Assembly: GCF_016433145.1 (NCBI RefSeq)
Contig: NC_058131.1
Coordinates: 321,912,732 to 321,976,731 of the forward strand
Length of the DNA stretch: 64,000 bases
Origin: Gracilinanus agilis
Lineage: Eukaryota
Direction of reading: 5' to 3'
Shown: piece after piece, positions 50,851 to 62,300 of the stretch
How the letters are laid out: every line of letters begins with the position of its first letter
How positions within the stretch are numbered: position 1 is the stretch's first letter
Notes under the pieces: generated by a model
The model's database searches: none
The model's input: the letters and a program-made list of their open reading frames with translations, nothing else
Told to the model about the DNA's origin: nothing
Translations under genes and position numbers: made by a program

Positions 50851-53286
50851 TATGAGCATTTATTAAGTTCTAAGTACCAATTCCTCTGCTAAATACTGAA
50901 GACACAAAGGAAAAACAAGAGTTCTTGCCCTCCAGGAAAGGGATTATTATCTTCAATTTACTAAGACTCTGGGCTTTCTAGGGTTACACAGCTCATGAGT
51001 GTCAGAATTTAACCCATATCTTCTGTCTTCAAGCCTCTATCTACTACAGTTCAATATACTGAGCAATTATTGATGATGAACTATACAAATGTGAGGCTTG
51101 GAAGGGTTAAATGATTTGTCTAGAGTAACAGGGCCAGGAAGTGACAGAGGCAGGATTGGAACTTAGGATTCAAAAACACATCTTCTAACTCCAGGTCCAT
51201 TCAGTACATTCTTAGGCCAATCCCTAGTCTTTGTATTAGGCAAAGTAGTAAGTCAAAAGTTCTCTGAATTTCTGAAGAGGAAAGCACCATGAATATACGT
51301 TTGCTCTTCCTCTCTCTCCCTTCTGTTCTTAGATAAGTAGTTATGACTGTGGTTAAGTATGGACATGGCCTTCCAGCTTTGTGCATTGCTCTCTGATCCC
51401 TTTCTACTCTTAGAATTCCTATGGAATTATAAATTTCCCTTTATCTGCAAAATCTTCTTTTGATCCTTCCATCATCTCTTTTCATGAACAGAAAACTGGG
51501 ATCTCTCATATATCTTTTGCCACCCTTTCCGTGGGAGGCATGGCTCCCTTTCCCAAGTCCCACTCACTAAGCCAGGAGACAGAGTCAGGAAATTCACTTC
51601 TCCCCACTTCCAAACCCATTCCTCTGTCACCATTTTCCAGTAACTTTTCCTCTTGAAATGTTCATGAAATCTAATACTGCCACCCTCATTCCCCATTCTT
51701 GTTAACATCTCTTTCAGGGGAATTATGGGATCCTGTCCTGAAGGTAAGAGAAATGGGAAATCTCTCAAGTTCTTAGGGTATGTGGGACATTGGGACAGAC
51801 TCCAGGGGATGGGCAAAGGCATATATCCTCAGAGTCATCCAGCAGAGGGAGGATAAGCCACAGGAGCTCCAGGACACTGCAACTCACAGCCGAGAGTGTC
51901 CAGGCTAGGGGAATATTATTGCATTGGAGTTGGGGTGGGAAGGACCCAGGATTAAGAGGTGGAAAGAATTAAACAGTTAAAAGACCTGAATCGAATCCCA
52001 ACTCTGGAACTTTTCAGCTGTGTAAGCTTGAGCAAACCACTTCCCTTTATCTGGCATCAGTTTCCTCATCTATAAAATATGGACAATGATATTGGCATTC
52101 CTTCCCCTAGGAAAGTGCTTTAAGAACTGGGGAGGGTTATAGACATGGGAAGTCTATATTGCATATCAATTGTATCCCTGGCTTGTGGCCAAAATGTGAC
52201 AAAATATCTGTCTACAGTATCATTCTTCTCCATCCCAACCCTAATTTCAGGTGTTCAGGGTCTTTCCAGTTTCCTTGCCATTCTTACTGGCTCTCTAAGT
52301 CATAATCAATTCATTCACAAAGAAGATATCAGGAAGTGATGGAGAGGTGCTTCTGAAGGGGTTTTCTAGTTGCATAAGGGACTAGTTCCATTGTCAATCC
52401 CAGGAAGCAAGAGATCTCAAGATAATAAGTGCTCACATTTATATAGCACTTTAAGGTTTACATAATGCTTGCTGTGGGTTCTCATTTGATCAGGGTGGAG
52501 GCCCAACTAGGGGTCACAAAAGGATAACTGGGATGTGACATTCCCAGGAGAATAGAACTTCATATTCCCATCCACTTCAGACATTTACCAAGCAACATGA
52601 GGCAGTGTAGTATAACATATAGTTGTGTGATGCAGGTAAGTCACATATTCTTCAGTTTTCTCTGTGAAACGAAGGGGTTAGATTTAATGGCCTCTAAGGT
52701 CCCTTCCAAGAGCTAAAGTTATGGCTTACTCACTGCCCCAATGTGGAAAACAAATAAATAGTTCCTGCTCTATGAGAACCCATTATTGTAAAAGGAGGAA
52801 GAAGGGAGTGCCGAGTATATACATAAATATAATACAAAGAAGAGTAAAATATAAGTAGAGCAGAGCTCTCAAAATACTCTAAGAAATTTAGAGATCTTTC
52901 AGCTGGGGAGAGAAAGAGGGAAGAGATATTCAAGGAAGGATCCACAAAGGAAGTAGCAGCTGAATTGAGCTTTGAAGGATGGGAAGGACTTCACTAGAGG
53001 AAAACAAAGGAGGGGGAGAAGAGCATTCCAAGCTTGAGAAGAAAGTGGGAGCAAAGGCCATAGGCTCATAGGATTGATTTAGTCCAATAGCCTCAATTTT
53101 ATAGATGAGGAAACTAATTGTCTAGAAAGGGGAATTAGCTCAAAGAAGGCTAGCAAAAGTTCTGGGTAGGGCCAGGGAATTGATGCATTCTTTCTTGGTT
53201 CCCTCCTTCCTTTCTTTCTTTCTCTCTCTCTCTCCTTTTCTTCCTTTCTTCCTTTCTTCCTTCCTTCCTTTCTTTCTTCCTTCCTT

Positions 53287-53634
53287 NNNNNNNNNNNNNN
53301 NNNNNNNNNNNNNNNNNNNNNNNNNNNNNNNNNNNNNNNNNNNNNNNNNNNNNNNNNNNNNNNNNNNNNNNNNNNNNNNNNNNNNNNNNNNNNNNNNNNN
53401 NNNNNNNNNNNNNNNNNNNNNNNNNNNNNNNNNNNNNNNNNNNNNNNNNNNNNNNNNNNNNNNNNNNNNNNNNNNNNNNNNNNNNNNNNNNNNNNNNNNN
53501 NNNNNNNNNNNNNNNNNNNNNNNNNNNNNNNNNNNNNNNNNNNNNNNNNNNNNNNNNNNNNNNNNNNNNNNNNNNNNNNNNNNNNNNNNNNNNNNNNNNN
53601 NNNNNNNNNNNNNNNNNNNNNNNNNNNNNNNNNN
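53287..53634. other. Assembly gap (348 N) inside a (CCTT)n microsatellite
   Basis: Run of N flanked by TTCC/CCTT repeats on both sides. Confidence 1.
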
Positions 53635-53648
53635 TGTATAAGAGACAG
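53635..53648 (+). other. Tn5/Nextera mosaic-end adapter remnant
   Basis: TGTATAAGAGACAG equals the 3' 14 nt of the mosaic end and sits right at the gap edge. Confidence 0.92.
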
Positions 53649-54465
53649 CCTTCCTTCCTTCCTTCCTTCCTTCCTTCCTTCCTTCCTTCCTTCCTTCCTT
53701 CCTTCTTCTCTTTCTTCCCTTACCTTCTGCCTTAGGATCAAAATAAAGTGTTGGTCCCAAGGCAGGAGAATGGTAAGGACTAGGTAATTGGGATTAAGTA
53801 CTAGGAGTTACATCTTATATCTAAATGCTCAGCTGGTTAAGGCTATGGTTAATCCATTTAAAAAAAACCAAACAAATAAAGCAACTAAGTAGTGAGCCAG
53901 TCCCCATTGTGGCGGAGACCTCAGCCTCCAAATAACACTAATAAAAACAGCTCACTTTTCTAGAGCACTTTGGGGTTTACAAAGCTTCATAATAAGCCTG
54001 TGAGGTAGGTAGTGCAAGGATTCTATTCCCATTTTACAGAGGAGGAAGCTGAGGCTCAGAGAGGTGAAATGAATTGCCCAGGTTCATGAAACTAATAACA
54101 TTTTAGAGGTGAAATTTAAATCCTGATTTTCTGACTGTTAGACTAGGCTCTTGCCATTCCATCATGATGTTGCGGAAGCAATAATCACAGGACCAAGAGC
54201 GGGAATGGATTTTAGAGATAATCTAGTCTAACTTCATCAGATCACAGATGATGATCCTGAAGCCAGGAGAACTTTAGTGACTTGTCTCACTTCACAGAAA
54301 TGGCTAATGAATAAAATGAGGATTTGAACCCAGGTCATCTGACTCCAAGTCCAGCGCTCTTAACACTACAGTAGACTACTGCTGCCCTATGCTCAAGTTT
54401 AGGTACACTGTAGCATCCAGAGGAAGGGAAAGAAAGGAAAGAGGGAAGCTGGGGTAGGGTGGAGG

Positions 54466-54757
54466 TTACGCGGGAATGTGGGCCACAATGGCTGGATCCT
54501 CCTCATCCTCATCAGAGAAGCTGATGTGTAGGATCGTGTCGTTGGCCCCAGATGGGAAGGTTGTGGGTGAGAGGTGCCACTGAGTGGCCCCAGCTTCAGC
54601 CTCCTCCAGGGTGTCACTGCTCACTGAGTCTGGGGATCCAAAGGATGATGGTTGTCCTGGGTCAGTCTCCGAGTCCAGACTGAGGGAAGTCTTGGTCAGC
54701 CTCTTCTTGAGGGTGGGGGGTGGAGGATGAAGCTTGGGAATGGACGGTGATAGCAAC
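54466..54757 (-). CDS. NOS1AP-like: Terminal coding exon (phase 2 start, TAA stop) with a [11 protein letters not shown] motif and an acidic tail
   Basis: Acceptor ctcctgtactgttcccag|G restores AGG (Arg), then 96 open codons [19 protein letters not shown]...[20 protein letters not shown]-stop. The 292-nt length fits the phase. Confidence 0.82.
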
Positions 54758-56346
54758 CTGGGAACAGTACAGGAGATTGGGAAGGGAGGAGAGTGAAAAG
54801 GATACAGGACCTGGAGTCAGGATTATTCCTGCATTCTTTATACTATCTCTCTGAACCTGGTTCCTCCTCTAAAAAAAGGGATAATCACATCAGAGTCCTT
54901 GTGAAGAAAGGGCTCACTTGGGGGAAGACATGTCTGGAGGCAGAGGGAAGATCTAAAGCTTTCCCAGTTGTCTTGTCTTTTCTATGAGCTGCCACAGAGC
55001 CAGGACATAGGACATCAGCTGTAGGAATTCACAGGAGGGCTCCTTTGTCATTGCTCCCATTTGTTTAACTCAAACCCAACAGAGCCAGGAGGCTCACTAT
55101 TGTGGGCTCTGCTTCCCTTTCTGAAGTGTAGGGGAGGACACAGGATTCAGGGCCATCTTAGAGAAGTACAAGAATGTTGTAAAAAGGGTACTAGCTCTGG
55201 AGTCAGAGGACTTTGGTTTGAATCCCAGTTCTGAAGAGGTTAGGCAAGTCACTTTCTCTCTTCAGAGCTTCCTTTCTACATTTAAAAAATGAGAGGAGTT
55301 AGGCTATACCTACTCTAAGGTTCTTTCCAGTTCTAAATCCTATGATCCTATTAATCCTAATAACCCTTTACAATTATTTGGTGCGTTGAAAGATCTCAGA
55401 AAAGTCTTTTCATATGTATTTCATTAGATCCTCAAAAATAAATCTGTGAAAAGGATAGTCTATATTTTATGGCCCACGATTTACAGAAAGGAAAACTGAG
55501 GCTTAGAGAGGGGAGTCATTTGCCCCAAATCATATAGTGCAGTGTTGGTGAAGTATTGGCATGCCTGCCAAGCTGGCCCTGGGGGAGCTGCTCTGTTCTC
55601 CCTCTTCCCAGTGCCTGAAGACATTTTTTGCATCCCCAGCCCCTCTGTCCAGCTACCCAAAGGCAGCACTTCCTCCCTCCACTCTCTGGGGTAATGTGTG
55701 GGGCTCACAGGCATCTTGAAGTTGCAGTTTGGGCACACAAACTTGAAAACCTTCACTAATGCTGATATAGGATTGAGTTAGGGCAGAACCAGGATAGGAA
55801 TTTAGATCTCCTGACTCCTAATTTATCACTCTTTGCACTATAATATACTGCCCCCAGGATCTAAAAAAGGTCCCACACCCCAGTGGGTGTGTGTATGTTT
55901 CTGGGACTGTGAGGAAGAAGTTACTTTGTAGCTTCAGAGGAGAGGGCAGGGAGGTGGTGGGGTCACTGACCTATCCTTATTGGTTGTGAGGCTGGAGGGA
56001 CTCCCTCCTTGGTCAGTCTCCTCGGATTCGTCTTCCCTCTGACTGAGTCCAGGAAGATGCCTACTTCTCAAAGTCAGGCTAACCTTTCCCACAGTGTCCT
56101 GGCTCCTTTGGACTCTGGGACCCAGGGCAGAGGCCCGATCCAAGCTAAGGCTAAAGCTCTGCAGAGACTGGCCACCTGTTTGGGAAGAAGGGAAAGAGAC
56201 AACCATGAACTCTTTGATAAGAGACTATTGCTAAAGATTCCTAGACAGGTCCCCAGAGATTGGCAGCAGCCATCTCCTGTACCTCCTCCCCAAGTTCCAA
56301 AACTCTTTGTTCTCAGATCCCTTCTAACTCTAATATTCTACATTTT

Positions 56347-56394
<48 letters not shown>

Positions 56395-59300
56395 CTAAAA
56401 TCCTATGTCATCAATAATGACAGGTCAGCATCTTTTTGTTCTAAGCCTCCTTCCATCTCTAATATTCTGTTATTTGTTCTTTAATTCCTCAACAAGGATG
56501 GGTCAGGGTCTCCATTGTTTTCCCTAGGACTCCCTCCAGGAGATAAAACTGTAGGGCCCCCTCCTTTTGAACCTGGAGAAGAGAACTCCAGCCAGATATT
56601 ATGAAACTGTGTATCCTTAGAGCCTTTCTACATCTCATTTTCTATATTCTATGAAAGGAACAAAATTAGAGTATCAGTATTAACCAGTTCAAAATCTCAG
56701 TGTAATTTAGTACTATATATAAAACTAAAGGTATTTCACAAGATGCACTATACCAGGAGCCTAGGATGTTTCTCTAGTTGTCCTTTACCTTTAATATCTT
56801 GGATCCTTTCATCATTAGATCAATATCATCTCCTCTTCCTGTCTTCACTTGGGCCACATGAAACTCTCAGCCTTCCCCATCCCCAAACCAGTAGGTCAGT
56901 GCCAGCCCCCTTCTCTTTTTGATCCACATCTTCTCACCACCAGATCCCTATCTTGTCCTGAACCCTCCTTACCATTAGGCCGGGCCCAAGCTCTTTCCTC
57001 TAGTTCTCTTAGCTGCCGCCCCAGCAGTGCCATGTGCTGGAGCAAGTCTCTGTTGGTCAGTAGCAACTGGCGGATCCTGGCCTGGGCCTCCACTCTGGCT
57101 GCTGTCTCTGCTGCAAGCTGGTCTGTGAGGAGCTGTACCTGGAGAATTCCCATTACCACACCATTTGTGGCAATTCTTGACCTCCAATCCTACCACCTAA
57201 TTCTCATTGTGAAGGAGTTACCAAATCAGGATTACCCAATCAGAAGCAACCGTAGGGGATATTTTGATCCAAACTGGCTCTGGCAACAAAACCCCTCTCC
57301 AACATTGCTAGCAACCTCTATTTAAGACATACAGTAATAAGAAGCTCACTGCTTCTCAGGTTGTCCCATTTATGAGCATCTCTTATTGTCAAGAAGGCTT
57401 CATATCAAACCAAAATCTGCCTCTTTGTAATTTGAACCCGTTACTTCTAGTTCTTCCCTCTCAGACAGGGTGGCATAGTGGACAATGTGCTGGTCTCGGA
57501 GTCAGGAAGACTTGAATTCAAATTTGACCTCAGACTCTTACTTACTGTTTGTACCTAAGCAAGTCACTTAGTTCCTGTTTTCTATAAATTAGATAAATGA
57601 GTAAAACACTTAGCACAAAATAGGTATTACAATGCTTATTTCTTCTTTTCCCTGAAGCCAAGCTTAATAAATCTAGTCCCTCTTCTATAAGATAGCTCTT
57701 CAAATTTTTGAAAACAGTTATCATGTGTCTTTCTCTGCACGAAGTCTTTTCTAGGCTAAACTTCCCTGTGAGGTTGTTTTAATAGACAAGTTTGTACTCC
57801 CCAAATTGGTGGTTTAGCCTTTCCTCTGCCCCCTAGAACAGCATTATAATATAAGCTCTGAGAAGATAGAGACCATGTTTTTAATAAAAATATGCTTCCC
57901 CCATACCTAGCATAGGACTTTCTGCATAGCAGATACATGATAAATATTTGTCTAATGAAAAAATGAGTGCTAGTAAATAAACCTCCTTTGAAAAAAACCT
58001 ACTCTATTTGTACAATAAGAAGGGAACAGATTGAGAAAAGAATATCTGTAGTAAATATGTCAGAGAAAGGCCTGGCTTCCAGAGCCTATAAATGCTTATT
58101 GAATGACTGATCTCAAAGAATGAATACACATCTCTAAAAGTAATATGCTCCCTAGTGCATATTATGTAATGATCAAAGAAGACAAACAGAAAACCTATGA
58201 AGGATGAGATAAAAAAGTTAATAACACATGAAAAAAATGTTTAATCAACAAATTAACCAATAAGCGTTTAGTAAACATTGGCTATGTGCCAGAGGTTATG
58301 CTAAATGCAGGAAATATAAGTAAAAAAAATTTTAAAAGTCTTTATTTACTCAAATGGGAGACAACAAAAAAGATAAATATAAAGTGGAGGGAAAGTAAAT
58401 TCAGAGGGTTAAGCAGTAGCAACTGGGAGAACCAGAAAAGGTCTCCTGGAAGGGATCTTATAGGAATGTAGGCATTCTATAAGGCAGAGATAAAGAGGGA
58501 GAGCATTCCAGGTAAGGCTGGATAGTAGTGCAAAGGTATAGGTAGAAGATGGAGTATGAGAGGACTGCTCTGGTTTCATTGTAGACTAAATGGAGAACAG
58601 CAGAATGTAGGAAGACATAAGGTTGACAGGGGTCAGATTATAAAGAGTTACTGAGCAGGAGTGGATGTAGTCAGACATATACTTTAAGCATTTGAAAAAA
58701 GGATGAAATGGAGAAGAGAGAGATTTGAGGCAGGATGCCACATAGGAGATTACTGTAATTGTCCAGGACAGAGGTGATGATGCCTGACCTATGGTGCTGA
58801 TTCTGTGAGTGGAAAGAAGAGAACATATATGAAAGATGTCACAGAGAAAGAAATTACAAGGTTTGGCAATAGATTAGATTTGTGGGATGAGAGAGAGGAG
58901 TCAAGAATGATGTCCAAGGTTGTGAATCTGGGTGAAAGGAAGGATGGTGATCCCTTCAACAACAGTAGTGAAGTTCAGATGAACGGTGATTTGGAGTAAG
59001 AGAGAATGGGGGAGGAGAGACAAATTTTGGACATTTTGAGCTTAAGATGCCTTCAGGAATTCTAGTTTGAGATGAGTTCAATGAGTAGTTGATGCTGTGA
59101 GGTTAATTCAGGAGAAAGACTGAGGCTGGACAGAAATCTAGGACTTATCTGATAGAGATTCTAACCGAATCCATAAATAAGAATACCAAGTTAGAAAGTG
59201 TAGAGATAAATAAAAGAGAAAGTGTAGAGATAAATAAAAGAGGGACTGAACTTTAGTGGGCATCCAAAGTTAGTGGCTGTGCCATGGATAAAAGTCCAGT

Positions 59301-62300
59301 AAAAGAGACTGAGAAGAAATAATTGGAAAGGTAGGAGAATCAAGAAAGAGCAGTGCCACAAAAACCCAGAAAGGAGATAAATCCAGGAAGAGAAGGTAGT
59401 CAACAGTGTTAGAAGATTCAGAAAGGCCAAAAAAGATGAGAATTGAGAAAAGACCATTAGACTTTTTAAATTAAGAGATCACTGGTAACTGTGAAAAGTT
59501 GAATTGAAGGAAGGCAGATTTGGGAGCATTTGGGAAATGGGAGGAAAATAGAAGTGATCTTTTTTAGCTCTCCTGGATTGTCACCTTTATGCAAATGACT
59601 CAGACATCTAAATATTCATACCCAGTTTCTCTCAAGTGAGTTTTTCAAAGGAAGTTTCCTAGCATTCATTTTTCATGAATATAAAACAAATATTTACTAT
59701 GTATCTATTATGTAAAGAGCATTGGGCCAGACGTTGGGGAAACGCAACATTTTAATTTGACTTGGTCTCTGCCCTCATAGTGCATCCAGGATAATAATAT
59801 TTTAAGAAAATAAGCTAAACTTTCAATCCAGGGAGCACAAAAATATCAAATTACAGAGGATATTGATCTGGCGGTCAATGGAAGACTTTGGTAGGGGAAG
59901 ACATATTAGAACTGTTTTCAAATATCTGAAGAACTGTCAAATTGAAGAACATGTAGACTTGTTCTGTTTAACTTGAGTAGAATGAATGAGGAGCCGTGGG
60001 TTCAAGTTACAGGCAAATTTTGGCTTGATATGAAGACTGACTTCCTGACAATCAGAGTTGTCCATAAGTGTACTTAATAAATGCTTTTTCATTAATCCAA
60101 CCAATTTTGTTATTTCTTTCAATTCTATTCAGTAGTTTACGAGTAGGAGGGAAAGAAGGGGAATAATTCAGGATTGAAATTTGATGAGGCATGACTGATG
60201 ATCAGACAAGGACATAAGGGATCCAAGCATAAAGAATAGTACAAAAATGAGTGGGTTTACCAACTGTGAAGGAAGGAGAGTTTGGCCAGAATTGGATGTT
60301 GGCTTGTAATAGTACCAAACAATGGGAACATCAGATGTCAAGGTAGGAATGAAGAGAAGGTTTAGGAGAAATAAGGCATATGAAGAGATGAAAAAATAAA
60401 ATATTATGCTCATATAAAAAAACACCTCAGAGTTCTTGAACACAAAGGAAGAATTCTTATTGGGATGGCAAGATCAAAGGTATGATCATCCGTGTGAGAA
60501 GGTGAGGTAGAATGAAGGAGTAAGTCATGGGAATCGAAGAAACTGGAGACTTGGGGATTCAGATGTTTGAGGGGATATCTGAGGAAAGAAGATGGAGTAG
60601 AAAGGAAGATTATGAGTCAGGAACTGAACCCAAATGAGAAAGAGAGAGGTTTACTTGGGGAAGGGATCTGTCATCAAGATTTGGACTAGGTGGTAAATTT
60701 GGATAGAGTGAACTTCTAAGAAGGTTAGGATGATGGTAAAGAGAGTAGACATTTTGAAGTCCATCTAATCCAAATACTTCATTTTATAAATGAGAAAACC
60801 AAGGTTTAGAGAGTTTAAGTGAGTTGGCCATAGTCATAAACCAGTAAGAATCATAAGTAAGACCTGAACCAAGGCCTTCCTAACTCCAACTCCAACACTT
60901 TATCAAGTATACTACACTGTTTCTCCAATTCATTCATAATCAGAGAAATACAAATCAAGAACAAACTTTTAAGATACCACTTTATATTCACTAAATTAGC
61001 CAAGACAAAAAATAAATACATTATCACAAGGGCTGCTGGGAAACAGGCATTGTAATACATTGTGATAGTTGAGAGCCTTTTGGAGAATAACTGGACAGTG
61101 TACAAAAAAGAGTCACAAAACTTATGAAAATCTCTGTCCCAGTGATACCGTCATTAAGATTCCCCTAAAAGGGGAAATCTTAATCCCCTAAAAGGCAAAA
61201 AAGGTAAACAGAACCTATCTGCTTCTTTTTTTCAAATAACAAGGAAACCACTTATGTGTCCCATGATTGAAGAATGGTTAAAATATGGTATACTGCTTTA
61301 ATAAAATATTACAGCATTGTAAAAGGATAACTATAAAGGGTATAAAGACAAAAAGAACTTATCTTTATTTGTAAAGGGATTTATGGTTTGCCAGCATTTT
61401 ATATACATCATTTCACCACAACTCTTTTAGGTAGATGATGTTCTTATTTTTTATTTATAAGTAAGAAAATCAAGGAAAATGGGGCTCCTCACACTAGTAA
61501 ATGGGAATTGACTGCAGTTTTCAATCAGAAGAATCAAAATTATAAATATATTGAGTACAATGATTTTTTTTTAGGAACTTCATATAATTATATTTTTTAG
61601 GAACTTCATATAATAATACGAAGGATGCAAAGCAAGTGCATTTTTGGACAATTTGTTTAGTTTTACTTTGTCAAATGCTGATTGTTTTATGAGAAGCATC
61701 ATGGCATAGTGGATAGAGAAGCTAACTCTGAAGCCAAGAAGACCAACTTCTGACATACATAACTGCTGTGTGATCCTGAGCAAATCACTTAACCTCTCAG
61801 GGCTCTAGGCCAGTGGTGTGAACTCAGATATAAATGAGAGACACCAAAATGTACATTTTGGTGAGGACCACCTATTGATTTGTAGAACCATAAAGTAACA
61901 CTATCTATGTTTTATTTATTTTTAAAATTTTGTCAAATATTTCCCAATTATATTTAATCTGATTTCTGATTCACTGGAAGTGTTGTGGGGCTAGCTAACG
62001 TGCCTGATACCTCTGCTAGGTATAGGGCAACTCTTTAGGACTATAAGTTGTAGAACAAGTGCCAACCTGCCTTGGTAAAGGAATTTCTCAGTGACAGTTC
62101 CCTATGCCAATGAACTTATGAGTCTGATCTCAATAAAATGGTTTTATGTAGCTGTGCTTTAAAAAATTTTATGTTTACCTTATATACATATATATTTGCT
62201 TCCATTGAGTTTATGATAAACTTTCATAAGTAAACATGAATATAAAACAAATATGTGAAAATATAAGTAAATATATAAAATTATATAATAATTGTTTTTA

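Noticed and set aside
52000-54465. Polyadenylation site of the NOS1AP-like gene
   Set aside because: I found no convincing minus-strand AATAAA close to the stop codon, and a gap intervenes, so the 3' end cannot be called.
56009-56398. 129-aa plus-strand ORF
   Set aside because: Antisense to exon 56175-55971 and ends in a (GT)n microsatellite.
57304-57315. RFX-like palindrome ATTGCTAGCAAC near the short-isoform ATG
   Set aside because: It lies inside a CR1-like fragment and has a mismatch, so it is probably incidental.
56849-57325. 158-aa plus-strand ORF
   Set aside because: Antisense shadow of the coiled-coil exon; it runs into CR1-derived sequence and has no recognisable homology.
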